A stretch of DNA of 64,000 nucleotides from Nanobdellati archaeon (GCA_015520605.1 WAPT01000001.1:1-64000); one strand, 5' to 3'. Numbered from the stretch's first letter, positions 1 to 10,340 are shown. The notes: generated from the letters alone by a model not told the origin. Program-made: numbers and translations.

Positions 1-223
1 CGTTTGCTTGATTTTTTGTGTATGGTGATCGTCTTGCCTACTGATTTCCTGTATTGGAAAAAATAATAATGCTGCCCGTGATGATGCAAAAATTTTTCCG
101 TTTTTTGTCGGGTTTAACCAGATTTATAATCAGTCCTGTGCATTTATTTTGAGGGAGGCTTGCCCCGCCCCGGGTTTATCACACCATTGATGATGGGCGG
201 GATCGACGGGAGACGGGAGATAA

Positions 224-238
224 GAAAAAATTTATAAA
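224..238 (+). promoter_or_regulatory. BRE/TATA promoter of the P-type ATPase (probably leaderless mRNA)
   Basis: GAAAAAA-TTTATAAA ends 25 nt before ATG 264, the usual archaeal TATA-to-start spacing. Confidence 0.6.
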
Positions 239-263
239 GGGATGATTTGCATAAATCTTTTCC

Positions 264-2708
264 ATGAAACAGAACGGTCAGAGTAATCATAAGGATGATG
301 ACAACAATGTGGACGCGGAACTAGATTCCGTTTTAAAATCACTTGCCTCAGATCCCACAAAGGGGCTTAGTTCCACCGAGGCCGAACTTCGTCTGAAAAA
401 ATACGGGTATAACGAGATAAAAGAAGAGAAAAAACACCCTCTCCTAAAATTTTTATCATACTTCTGGGGTTCGATTCCTTGGATGATAGAATCCGCAGCA
501 ATTCTCTCAGCCGTGATTCATCACTGGGTTGATTTCACGCTGATAGTTGTGCTGCTGTTCGTGAACGCAATAATAGGGTTTCTGGAGGAATACAAGGCTG
601 CTAACGTCATTGAACTGTTAAAGAAAAAAATGGCGATCAGGGCGCGAGTTCTTAGAGACGGCAAATGGCAAACGATAGATGCCCGAATGCTCGTGCCCGG
701 AGACATAATGAGAATTCGTATAGGCGACATCGTACCCGCTGATGCGATGATAACAGATGGTGAGTATTTGCTTGTAGATGAGTCCGCACTGACGGGGGAG
801 TCGCTACCAATCGAAAAAAAGAGGGGGGATAAAATCTATGCGGGTTCTGTTATAAAGCGAGGGGAAGTGAACGCGGTTGTCACCGCCACTGGTGAACGCA
901 CCTATTTTGGTAAGACAGTAGAGATGGTCAAGAGTGTAAAGGAGAAATCTCATGTGCAGAAAATAGTAATCGATATAGGTGATTACTTGATTGGCCTTGC
1001 CGTATTTCTTATTCTGTTCATAATAATAGACGCCCTCAGAACAAACCAATCTTTAATAGAAACGCTGAGATTTTCTCTCGTTTTGCTTGTGTCCTCTATA
1101 CCGGTGGCAATGCCCGCCGTTATTTCGGTTATATTGGCCAGAGGGGCAATGGTGCTGGCAAAAAAGAACGCCCTGGTGACCAAGTTAACATCAATAGAGG
1201 AGCTATCATCGGTGGATGTCTTGTGCTGTGATAAAACAGGAACCCTAACAAAGAACGAATTGACAATCGGAGAAGTTTCTCTTGAGGGGAGTTTCACCGA
1301 GAAGGATGTGATCATATATGCAGCGCTTGCGTCTCGATATGAGGATAATGACTCGATAGACCTGGCAATACTCAGGAAAATGGAAGAAATGGGATTAAAA
1401 AACGAAATAAATAAATTCAAGGTTCTGAAGTTCACACCTTTTGATCCGGTTATAAAAAGAACGGAAGCTGAAGTGCAGAAAGGGGACAAACACATGCATG
1501 TTGCTAAGGGCGCGCCACAAGTTATAGCAAAGCTGTGCGAACTGTCTGAAGAGGAACAAAAAAACCTTAAGAAAAAAATCGATAAATTCGCTGAGAAGGG
1601 GTACAGATGTATCGGTGTCGCTGTTAAAGAATCAACGGGGAAGTGGAAATTTGTCGGTTTGGTTTCCCTTTACGACCCACCGCGTGAGGATTCGTTCAAA
1701 CTTATCCAGAAGATAAAAAATCTGGGCATACGCGTAAAAATGATAACAGGAGATCATATCGCGATAGCTAGGACGATAGCCGTGCTTCTCGGGATCGGAA
1801 ACAAAATATACTCTATGAAAGATCTGTTAAAATTAAAGAAAAAAGAGGAATTTACAGAGTTCGTAGAGGAGGCGGATGGATTCTCGGAAGTTTTTCCCGA
1901 ACATAAATTCAAAATAGTAGAAACATTGCAGAGAAAAGGTCATTTTGTCGCAATGACTGGTGATGGTGTTAATGATGTTCCCGCGCTTAAAAAGGCCAAC
2001 TGCGGAATAGCCGTGTACAACGCAACAGATGCCGCACGAGCCGCAGCAGACATAGTTCTGTTAAAGCCGGGGCTGGGCGTTATTCATGATGCTATAGTCG
2101 AAGCCAGAAGAATATTCCAGAGAATGAAAGGTTATGTTATTTATCGTATAACCGAGACCATCAGAATATTATTTTTCATGACACTATCCATACTGATCTT
2201 CCATTTCTATCCTCTCACTGTGCTTATGCTTATCCTGTTGATCCTGTTAAACGACATCCCGATCCTGTCCATCTCTTACGACAATGTGGTGGAACAGAAA
2301 ACACCTGCGCGGTTCAAACTCAAGGAGGTTCTGTTACTGTCCACCGTGCTGGGGGCCACGGGACTGACAAGCTCGTTTTTACTGTATTATTATGCAATTG
2401 AAGGTCTAAAATTACCCCTTCCAATCCTCCAAACGTTGGTGTTCCTGAAACTGGTCATAGTCGGACATGCAACACTTTTCATAGCCAGAAATCGCGATCA
2501 TTTCTGGAAAAAACCATATCCATCCAAGTATGTTCTCATGGCTGTTTTATCGACAGATATTATCGCAACAATAATTTCTGGTCTAGGGATACTCATCCCA
2601 GCTCTTGGATTTAAACTCGCCATCGTGGTGTGGCTATACGCACTTGCATGGATGTTTATTGAAGATTTCATAAAAGTATACATCATTCGCAAGGTGGGAG
2701 TTTACTGA
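264..2708 (+). CDS. P-type IIIA (plasma-membrane-type) H+-transporting ATPase
   Basis: TGES, IPVAMP (M4), DKTGTLT phosphorylation site, PFDP, KGAPQ, DPPR, MITGD, GDGVND and the M6 motif LLNDIP with the proton-acceptor Asp. 814 aa with multiple TM segments. Confidence 0.93.
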   Translation: MKQNGQSNHKDDDNNVDAELDSVLKSLASDPTKGLSSTEAELRLKKYGYNEIKEEKKHPLLKFLSYFWGSIPWMIESAAILSAVIHHWVDFTLIVVLLFVNAIIGFLEEYKAANVIELLKKKMAIRARVLRDGKWQTIDARMLVPGDIMRIRIGDIVPADAMITDGEYLLVDESALTGESLPIEKKRGDKIYAGSVIKRGEVNAVVTATGERTYFGKTVEMVKSVKEKSHVQKIVIDIGDYLIGLAVFLILFIIIDALRTNQSLIETLRFSLVLLVSSIPVAMPAVISVILARGAMVLAKKNALVTKLTSIEELSSVDVLCCDKTGTLTKNELTIGEVSLEGSFTEKDVIIYAALASRYEDNDSIDLAILRKMEEMGLKNEINKFKVLKFTPFDPVIKRTEAEVQKGDKHMHVAKGAPQVIAKLCELSEEEQKNLKKKIDKFAEKGYRCIGVAVKESTGKWKFVGLVSLYDPPREDSFKLIQKIKNLGIRVKMITGDHIAIARTIAVLLGIGNKIYSMKDLLKLKKKEEFTEFVEEADGFSEVFPEHKFKIVETLQRKGHFVAMTGDGVNDVPALKKANCGIAVYNATDAARAAADIVLLKPGLGVIHDAIVEARRIFQRMKGYVIYRITETIRILFFMTLSILIFHFYPLTVLMLILLILLNDIPILSISYDNVVEQKTPARFKLKEVLLLSTVLGATGLTSSFLLYYYAIEGLKLPLPILQTLVFLKLVIVGHATLFIARNRDHFWKKPYPSKYVLMAVLSTDIIATIISGLGILIPALGFKLAIVVWLYALAWMFIEDFIKVYIIRKVGVY

Positions 2709-3057
2709 ATGTGAAAAGGAAGGAATACTCCAAAGTTAAGCAAATATTTCCGCCCGCGGAACTTTAGCAACAAAGGTAAGTTTTCGGCGCAAACGTCTTG
2801 GCTGTATTGACGGTGGGTGGGTTTTTGAGATTGTGGTTGGTACCCAGCTAAGCGAAACGGGAAGCGGGGAGCCGAGAGCAGTATGGTTCGATGAAAAGGA
2901 TCATGACGGGTGTTGTTCAGAGTAATTTTCAGTTCAAAAATAAATCTTCTACCGAATCATTTTGAAAAGTTGTTAGTAGTGTGCCACATTTTTTGTTAAG
3001 ACAATCCGTTCTAAAACTCAGAAAAAGTTATATAGATGTTAAACCCCATAGTTTGAC

Positions 3058-3588
3058 GTGGAAAGAAAAAAAAATGGAATAAGAATTATGATGTTTGCAG
3101 TCATTCTGGGAATTACGTTTGGGCTATTTATTGGAATAAGAAGTTATTATTTAAAAAATATTAAGAACCCAAGTTCTGAACAAGATACTGAATGTTTAGG
3201 TAAAAATTTTGTTATAAGAGGTGAATTCTCAAGGTTTGATCCCTCACAAATGATTATGGCGATATATTTGGAAAACACGGGAGTTAAGGACATCAGCGTT
3301 AAAAAAGTGGAGGTAGATGTCGCTGGTAACTTGATGGTGGAATCATTAAAACACCCTATCATAATAAAAAGTGGTGAGGGGAAATACGTATATATAAACC
3401 TTACCGCATTTTTTCGAAACCCAGACAGCAAACATCTTATCAACGATGAAAATGGTCCTGAAAAAATCGTGGTATATGGTGATTGTAACAAAGCTCATGT
3501 GTTGAAACGACCGCCTTTGGGATGGGCGTTCTTTTCGTATGCCGGAGATGAACCACTCATTCCCGAGAAGGAGGGTGGAGCCACATGA
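3058..3588 (+). CDS. Membrane-anchored hypothetical protein, possible class III signal (pilin-like)
   Basis: MERKKNG followed by a hydrophobic helix. Beta-rich body with LENTG. Stop overlaps the start of the next pilin gene (ATGA). Confidence 0.6.
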   Translation: MERKKNGIRIMMFAVILGITFGLFIGIRSYYLKNIKNPSSEQDTECLGKNFVIRGEFSRFDPSQMIMAIYLENTGVKDISVKKVEVDVAGNLMVESLKHPIIIKSGEGKYVYINLTAFFRNPDSKHLINDENGPEKIVVYGDCNKAHVLKRPPLGWAFFSYAGDEPLIPEKEGGAT

Positions 3589-4040
3589 AAAAGAAAAAAG
3601 CCATTACTCCTTTCCTTGCAAGTGTTCTTCTAGTCGTTATAGTGGTAGGCATGGCCATAATTATCGGGAACTGGATGAAAACAACCGCAAAACAACAGAC
3701 AAAAGACATTACTGAGAATTCGGGAATTGAGTGTACCGATAAAACCATAAATATCGATGAGGTCGTATATTCAACCACAGATCAAACCCTCACAATAAAA
3801 GTGAGAGCTACCGGGACAGAGAACATTAATATTGGAAAAGTAAGTGTTCTTCTTGAAAATTTTAGTCTATTGACTTATGTCAACGGCGTTAATTTTTCGG
3901 TCGGTACGCTATTCCCGGGGGATGTAAGATATATAATCCTTGAAAATGTATCCTCAGTACCCCGAGAAGTAAGGGTAATACCGAAGGGATGCGGAATGAA
4001 TGCCGTAACGGTGGAAAGAAATTATTTTATAATACAATGA
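3585..4040 (+). CDS. Archaeal type IV pilin/archaellin-like protein
   Basis: Class III signal MKKKKA|ITPFLASVLLVVIVVGMAIII, small beta-rich C-domain, SD GGAGGGTGG upstream. Confidence 0.85.
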   Translation: MKKKKAITPFLASVLLVVIVVGMAIIIGNWMKTTAKQQTKDITENSGIECTDKTINIDEVVYSTTDQTLTIKVRATGTENINIGKVSVLLENFSLLTYVNGVNFSVGTLFPGDVRYIILENVSSVPREVRVIPKGCGMNAVTVERNYFIIQ

Positions 4041-4059
4041 AATGACATTATAATTTATT

Positions 4060-6465
4060 ATGGTATTATCTAATAAAAAAGAAATGCTGGAATGGGTTCC
4101 GTTATTTTTATTTCTTATTGTTGGTGTCCTACCAGCGGTCGGTCTCGCACAATACACGCTCAACATTACTTTTCTTTTGAACACCTCTAAAGTTAATCCG
4201 AGAGAGATCATTCATGTTTCCGGTATTGTCATGAATTCTAGTGGGACTGGAGTTGCCAGGGTGCCATTACATTTGCAACTCGACGGTTCGGACGTGTTCA
4301 CCATTCTAAATTCCAAAGGATATCTGGAAGGGGAAAACGGTGTATGGAAATACTGGAGAGAAATACTAATAAATGGTAGCATTTATGACTTATATAATTA
4401 CACATTACCGATTATAGTAGATACGCACCGGCTTATCGCTCAGGGTAAACTCAAAAGTGACTGTTCCGATCTTAGATTTATCGATAGTGCAGGAAGGGTT
4501 CTGAAATACTGGATAGAAAGTGGGTGTAACACACAAAACACAACGGTTTGGGTTAAGATACCCTACATCCCTGTGTATAACGAAACCAAGATATTTATGG
4601 TTTACGGGAATCCTAATGCCACTGCGGGAGGTGTGGATCCATCAGACCTTTTTATTTTTTATGATGGATTTGATTTTGGCTTAACTGGCTGGACCCTATC
4701 CACTTATGGTTTATGTAGCAGTAGCAGCTACAACCTGAGCAACGATTACTATTCATCCCCGCCATATGCTATTAAAGTTTACTCGGATCCATCATGGGGC
4801 TCCTTTCCATGTATAGTAATGGCCAACAAAGATTTTGTGGTAACTCAGAACGGCAGTTATGAGATCAGGGTGAAGTACAGAAACGACATTCCATTTCTAG
4901 GCAGTAATCTTATTTATTCGGTGGTGAATGTTGATGGGACCAACATCATTTACGATTCTTATAATGGGAGTATTCTAAAAGGCGGTTCTGAGATCGTAAC
5001 GCTTAATGCTGGAACTCATGATATTAGTGTGGGAGTTGATGCGAGATGGGTAAATGGATCTGCTTATTTTGACGACATAATAGTTAGAAAGGTCGTCAAT
5101 CCCGAGCCCACGGTTATCGAGATTGGTGATGAGATGAGATTCGTGACGACTAACGATAGTGGCGAATACAGCTTTGATTTCGTTGCTCCCCAGGAAGGAG
5201 GAACGCACATTTTGAAGGCTGAAGTTTTCGGAAAAAATGGAGAATATGGATGGAATGCAAGTGAATTTGTTGTGAGAATAGGAATAATTAATCAGAGTGC
5301 TATTTTTGTAATTAATAATAGGACGTCCGTAGATATAAAAAATGCAGTAGAATATCCTCAACTAAATATCTCCGCATATGTTTTCAGAAATCGTGATAAT
5401 CCCATAGAAAGGGTGTGGGTGACAGTTCATTCTCCTTTAGGCACAACTAGTGAAATAAATCTAACAAATTTAACTGCCCCACGCGAGGATTCCGGAGTGT
5501 GGGGTGCAATCGCGAATTTGAACGTTAGTTTCCCATCAATTGAAATAGGAAAATACACTCTCAGTTTTCATGCAATTTCTAAATTAAACAACGGTGAGGA
5601 AGTATATGAACAAATGCCATCACCTTCAGCGGATATAGAGATTACCGGAATTCCCTTTGAAATTTGCACCTCTAAAGTACAATATCATTTTATAAATGAA
5701 TGTTATGAGAACCTTTCATCAATTTTCAAGGAAAATGAAAACATATATTTTGTGATGAAAATCGGATCAAATACTGATCCGGTTTCCGGTCTGAAACCAA
5801 CGGATTTCATATTAAAAGATAGTGTAAAAAACTTATCTGCAGAATTTCAACAAAATTTAATAGAAATTTCTCCCGGTACATACATTAGCAATATTTCCGC
5901 ATCCTCCATAGGAGTGGGTAGGTACATACTTGAAGTGGAGGTTTACAATGGCAACGTGTTAATTTCCTCCACCTCTCTTTCCGTGTACATCCAGCCATCC
6001 AAAAAGCACAAATTGCCCAACATAACGGTGAGTGTTGAATCCCGACCCAACTTTATCGATACGTTCGTTCATGGTTGCGGGATGTTTGGAGAAGTGAACT
6101 TATCGGGAAGATATGCACTCACGGGCCTTGTCTTCTGCGATGGTCACGCAATTTATTATGAGAACTCAAGCGATCATCTTGAAGTTGTGAAATCCGCATC
6201 CCCTCACAGAACGTTGCTAATCTTCACGAGAGATGCCCCCCAAAAGGTTGTGAAAAAACTCTCAAAAATTGAAAACGGGAAGTTTGATTTCACAGCCTTC
6301 GGGTATAAAAGCGACAGGGATCGAACCTTAAGGATCATTATCCGGAGAAATTTCGAGATCGAAAATTTTATGATTCTCCGTCCGGGTAGGTATACTCTAA
6401 GGATTACGCATATGGGTCTCCTTGGCAATGTGCCACGCCTATCTATAGAACCTTCATCCTCCTGA
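4060..6465 (+). CDS. Secreted DUF2341-family surface protein
   Basis: N-terminal signal peptide. DUF2341-type motif series WKYWREI...DCSDLRF...YWIES...VWVKIP...MVYGNPNA. Ig-like beta segments and many N-x-S/T sequons. Confidence 0.75.
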   Translation: MVLSNKKEMLEWVPLFLFLIVGVLPAVGLAQYTLNITFLLNTSKVNPREIIHVSGIVMNSSGTGVARVPLHLQLDGSDVFTILNSKGYLEGENGVWKYWREILINGSIYDLYNYTLPIIVDTHRLIAQGKLKSDCSDLRFIDSAGRVLKYWIESGCNTQNTTVWVKIPYIPVYNETKIFMVYGNPNATAGGVDPSDLFIFYDGFDFGLTGWTLSTYGLCSSSSYNLSNDYYSSPPYAIKVYSDPSWGSFPCIVMANKDFVVTQNGSYEIRVKYRNDIPFLGSNLIYSVVNVDGTNIIYDSYNGSILKGGSEIVTLNAGTHDISVGVDARWVNGSAYFDDIIVRKVVNPEPTVIEIGDEMRFVTTNDSGEYSFDFVAPQEGGTHILKAEVFGKNGEYGWNASEFVVRIGIINQSAIFVINNRTSVDIKNAVEYPQLNISAYVFRNRDNPIERVWVTVHSPLGTTSEINLTNLTAPREDSGVWGAIANLNVSFPSIEIGKYTLSFHAISKLNNGEEVYEQMPSPSADIEITGIPFEICTSKVQYHFINECYENLSSIFKENENIYFVMKIGSNTDPVSGLKPTDFILKDSVKNLSAEFQQNLIEISPGTYISNISASSIGVGRYILEVEVYNGNVLISSTSLSVYIQPSKKHKLPNITVSVESRPNFIDTFVHGCGMFGEVNLSGRYALTGLVFCDGHAIYYENSSDHLEVVKSASPHRTLLIFTRDAPQKVVKKLSKIENGKFDFTAFGYKSDRDRTLRIIIRRNFEIENFMILRPGRYTLRITHMGLLGNVPRLSIEPSSS

Positions 6466-6543
6466 TCGTAGACAGGAATCGTAGAGAACGGACATCTTAT
6501 TGCTCGTTCAATTATAATGATATCCCTTGTTTTAGAATATATT

Positions 6544-9153
6544 TCATAACCTCACGGAAACTGTTGTGATTTCAAATGGATTTAAAGATATAACCAAGTT
6601 ATTTTCAGAAAATTTAATGTTTTTTTTTGATTTTTTATATTTCCTTTCTAAAATATCCACAATGCTTGCATCTTTTACTTCCTTGAAAAGTTTCAAAACG
6701 GCTCGTGTTTCACGACCCGCTGTTTCATAAATCCTTGCTATGATTTTTCCTCCGTCTTCACTCCTTTTAAAAGCGCTGAGAACCACATTGGAAGGTTCCA
6801 CTTCCAGAAAAGACCTGCTGCTACTGCATTTTATTTTCTTTTTTAGGATCATCATCCTGTGGTTGAATTGATAAGCGTGTATGTACGGCTCGGACTTTCT
6901 CCACCCTTCCGTATAAGGTAGTAAAGCGTACTCAAAAACATGTTCTCCGAGCTCGGTAGCGTTTACTGGAATAATCGGACCTGCCTTTCCATCGCAGGAC
7001 AGAACATTTACGGACCTTAGCAGAGTTAGATAAATGCTACCATCTCTGATTTCATTTTCAGGGATTCCTTTATTGATTACAGTCACCCCCAACCCGTCAT
7101 CATCCTCATAAGCTATCCACCTCAAAGCCGGATACACGCCGGAGGGCGCTTCCTTATATCCTGTAAAATCATCGTAAAACAGGTTGGCTTTCCTTTCCAC
7201 CACACCAAACTGTGTCTCACACCAGTAAGTTTTGTTATTTATGGGTGTTGTGAAGCGGACTCTCAGTCTTATTCTCGGGTGCTTGTTGAGAATGATTGTC
7301 GTGCAGTCTATTCTCGGCAAGTCCCTGTAAATGACGATTCTTTTCCTGAAGCTAAGTGTGTTGTGTCTCCACAACAAAGGTTTGAAGTGCTCCACAAGTC
7401 TGTAGGGCCATCTTAGAGAAAAGTAATCACCCACAACATCTATGATAGCTCTGAGGTTGGAAGCTGTGATTTTCACCTCCTTTATTTTGAACTCGCCGTA
7501 TTTGATTCCATCTCCACTTTCTGTCTTTATGGGATTCTTCAGCAGCTGTCTGTGAGAGTAGAGATCTCCTGATTCTTCCTCTATAACGAGCTCATTACCT
7601 CCAAAAATCCTTTTTTTGTTCATCCAAACTTCAATCATGCCGTTTTCTTTGTTTACCTTCACTTCAAAAAATTTGTTTCGAATTGTGCTTTCGCTCACAT
7701 GGATTTTGTCCCGGGTATTTGTGTTTTTACCCGTCTCTATTACTCTGTACGCTCTGTAGCCCAGCGGTGGAACATCCGCAATGAAACCAAGTTTTACTTT
7801 TTTAATAGAGCCGTCTCTGTGTTTTTCGGAAGCGATAACTTCCACATCAACCTTCTTATCCCCGCTTTCCAGAAGAACTCCACAGTTCTCACGTATTCTC
7901 CCGGCCTCAAGCTCCAGCTCAACTTCCACCCAATCAATAACTCTCCACGGAAGCGGGTTAAATACGACAAAATCCGCACCCATTTCTCTGTTGGAGTCGC
8001 TTTCTACAATTGATGATAATATTTCTCGCATCATTTCTTCACATCTCCTATCTATAAGAGAAGCGCAACGCTCCGCTTCCTCAAGAGCAGCATCTGTGCT
8101 TGTGCCTGATATCACATCGTGGAAAGCTAAGAACAGCAGCTTTTTCCAGCAATCCTCCAGATATTCTGGATAGCGTCCAGTCAGTAAAAAATTCACTGTG
8201 GCAAATTTCTCTAAGGTTATGAGCTTGCACTCCAGTGCGCGGAGCGTCTTTTTTATTTTTATCCTGCTTGAGGCCGTATCGGGAAAAATTTCTGAGTACT
8301 TACAGGAATACATTTCCCCCTTTCTCACAACCAATTCATTCCGATATTTTTCCAGTGCTCTGAAAAACTCTGAAGGTGTTGAGATCCTCATCTCCGCATC
8401 TTCGTGCTCCTTATTCCATTTTTTCACAGCTTCAACTATCTCCTCACGCGGAAGGGTGACTCCGCTACCGCAAGGCATGAGTATGTGTGGCGATGCAGCC
8501 ACACCTTTCAGAAATCTGTAGGATTCTTCCAGCCTGTCCAGATTCAGACCCGCTCTGTAACCTAAGGGCATAAAGTGAGCAAGAATTCTTGTTCCATCCA
8601 GAGCTTCCCAGATAAATTCAGAGGGTTTAATCTCGTGGGATCCGCGCCTGAATGCAACATATTTGTATCCTGCTTTTCTGTAAATTTGGGGGAGTTGTGC
8701 GTTCAGCCCGAAGCTGTCAGCCTGCCACATAACTTCAACACCCTTCCCGAATTTTTCCTGCACATACTTCTTGCCCACAAGGATCTCTCTGATGAGCGTC
8801 TCCTCCTGCGGAATCATCGTATCCGCCATTAAATACTCCCCGTCTGCAATCTCAATTTTACCTTCCTCTATGAATTTCGCGAGTTTTTTGAAAAGTTCCG
8901 GTTCTCTCTTTTCTATTTCTTCCAGAAGGTGTGTCTGCTCCAGAAGAAACCTGAATTCCTCATATTTTTCAAGAAGCTCAACAGCTTTTTTCAGTATCAT
9001 AATGTTGATACGGAGGTAATCCTCCTTGCTGAAGATCCAGACCGCATCGTAGTGTGTGTGAGGCACAAGGTAGATTATATTTTTCTTCTTTTTCCTGCCT
9101 TTTTCGGTTCTCCCTCCCGCACAGGTCTTCCGTGTTTTGTTCGAGTTATCCAT
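6544..9153 (-). CDS. Glycoside hydrolase family 38 alpha-mannosidase
   Basis: Zn-binding HTHYDAVW, nucleophile region WQADSFG, EFIWEALDG, FHDVISGT, FNPLPW, LTLLRS, and C-terminal RIYETAG / LNPFEITT. Confidence 0.93.
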   Translation of the reverse strand: MDNSNKTRKTCAGGRTEKGRKKKKNIIYLVPHTHYDAVWIFSKEDYLRINIMILKKAVELLEKYEEFRFLLEQTHLLEEIEKREPELFKKLAKFIEEGKIEIADGEYLMADTMIPQEETLIREILVGKKYVQEKFGKGVEVMWQADSFGLNAQLPQIYRKAGYKYVAFRRGSHEIKPSEFIWEALDGTRILAHFMPLGYRAGLNLDRLEESYRFLKGVAASPHILMPCGSGVTLPREEIVEAVKKWNKEHEDAEMRISTPSEFFRALEKYRNELVVRKGEMYSCKYSEIFPDTASSRIKIKKTLRALECKLITLEKFATVNFLLTGRYPEYLEDCWKKLLFLAFHDVISGTSTDAALEEAERCASLIDRRCEEMMREILSSIVESDSNREMGADFVVFNPLPWRVIDWVEVELELEAGRIRENCGVLLESGDKKVDVEVIASEKHRDGSIKKVKLGFIADVPPLGYRAYRVIETGKNTNTRDKIHVSESTIRNKFFEVKVNKENGMIEVWMNKKRIFGGNELVIEEESGDLYSHRQLLKNPIKTESGDGIKYGEFKIKEVKITASNLRAIIDVVGDYFSLRWPYRLVEHFKPLLWRHNTLSFRKRIVIYRDLPRIDCTTIILNKHPRIRLRVRFTTPINNKTYWCETQFGVVERKANLFYDDFTGYKEAPSGVYPALRWIAYEDDDGLGVTVINKGIPENEIRDGSIYLTLLRSVNVLSCDGKAGPIIPVNATELGEHVFEYALLPYTEGWRKSEPYIHAYQFNHRMMILKKKIKCSSSRSFLEVEPSNVVLSAFKRSEDGGKIIARIYETAGRETRAVLKLFKEVKDASIVDILERKYKKSKKNIKFSENNLVISLNPFEITTVSVRL

Positions 9154-9213
9154 CCCCTCCGACCCCGTTTAAGGCTAAGAACTGGTTTCTTATTGAGGGA
9201 TTAACGTGAAGCT

Positions 9214-10170
9214 CTATATGAATTCTGGGTACTCCTCTCTGTAAGCAGCGTGTGCGGCCATACCGTTCAGCATGCACACAATCCTTTTTATTCTGAAATT
9301 TACCACTTCCAGAAGCTCTCCGACCGTTTGCTCCATCGTGCGGAACTTTATTATGTGCAACCGCCTTTTTCGGGCTTCCTCAACCAGAAATTCGTTTATT
9401 TTTGTACATGCCTCAAAATCCTCTTCTATGAGCTGCCTATCAGTTTCTCCTTCCCTCAGTCTTTTTGAGAAGAACATTTGACGGTACGTTCCCTTTTCAG
9501 GTGCTTTCAGAAACACCTGTATCACATTCGGTTTTTTAAGCAGATCTGACTCGAGAAGCCATGGAGTGACATGCACACCCTCAATGGCGACATCCTTTTT
9601 ATCTTTGATGGATTTTTTCACGAGCTCGACTATGAAAGGACTTAGGAATTCGACCTGCTTCACAAACCCTTCTATCTCTGGATGTTCCGTGACTTCATGA
9701 CCCGGAAGTTTTTTCCACACACGATAAGACGGTAGATGGAGAATCGGGTCTTCCTTTATCAGAACCTTCAGCACACGCCTTATGGCATCAGTGGTTATTG
9801 TTCGGGAAATTGCCAGACGAAAACCCACATCAGTTAAAGACACCGTTTTTCCCACACCGGGAGGGCCGCCGACAAGGATTTGGAGGGGTTCAGCGATACC
9901 CCTCCTCCTGAGAACATTGTACCTGTGCCAGAGCTCGTATCTTTTCGTGAATTTGGAACCACAGATATTGGTAAGCGCATTCTTTGTTATCTCAAAAAGC
10001 TCTTCCGCAGCTATGCTTTTTCTGCCAAAAACGCTGTCCTTAACGTACTCCATAACTCTGACAGCATCCTCGAAAGGCACGCCCGTTTTAAGAACCGATC
10101 GGAAGATAAGATTCTCAGAGAACCTCAGCTTAAATCCGTTTATCTTCACGAAAGGTAAGTGACTTTCCAT
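9214..10170 (-). CDS. 2-phosphoglycerate kinase family protein (ATP-cone + P-loop kinase)
   Basis: N-terminal ATP-cone-like segment (FSENLIFRSVLKTGVPFEDA), then GGPPGVGKT, TDAIR and IEGVH. Confidence 0.8.
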   Translation of the reverse strand: MESHLPFVKINGFKLRFSENLIFRSVLKTGVPFEDAVRVMEYVKDSVFGRKSIAAEELFEITKNALTNICGSKFTKRYELWHRYNVLRRRGIAEPLQILVGGPPGVGKTVSLTDVGFRLAISRTITTDAIRRVLKVLIKEDPILHLPSYRVWKKLPGHEVTEHPEIEGFVKQVEFLSPFIVELVKKSIKDKKDVAIEGVHVTPWLLESDLLKKPNVIQVFLKAPEKGTYRQMFFSKRLREGETDRQLIEEDFEACTKINEFLVEEARKRRLHIIKFRTMEQTVGELLEVVNFRIKRIVCMLNGMAAHAAYREEYPEFI

Positions 10171-10340
10171 ACGTTTTAATACTCAGAACACACTCATTAA
10201 AATATCTTTCTATCTTGAGATGGTCGCTCCTTTCCGCGGAAGACAATGTGTCTCCAAAAAGCTAAAATAATCTTTATATACTTGTACGACCCCATAAGAA
10301 AATAACGCCATGCAAATGCGGAAGAATCAGGTGATGAGAA

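Noticed and set aside
2709-3057. SRP or RNase P RNA in the 350-bp gap after the ATPase
   Set aside because: It lacks the SRP helix-8 and RNase P P4 signatures, and is not GC-rich or extensively paired.
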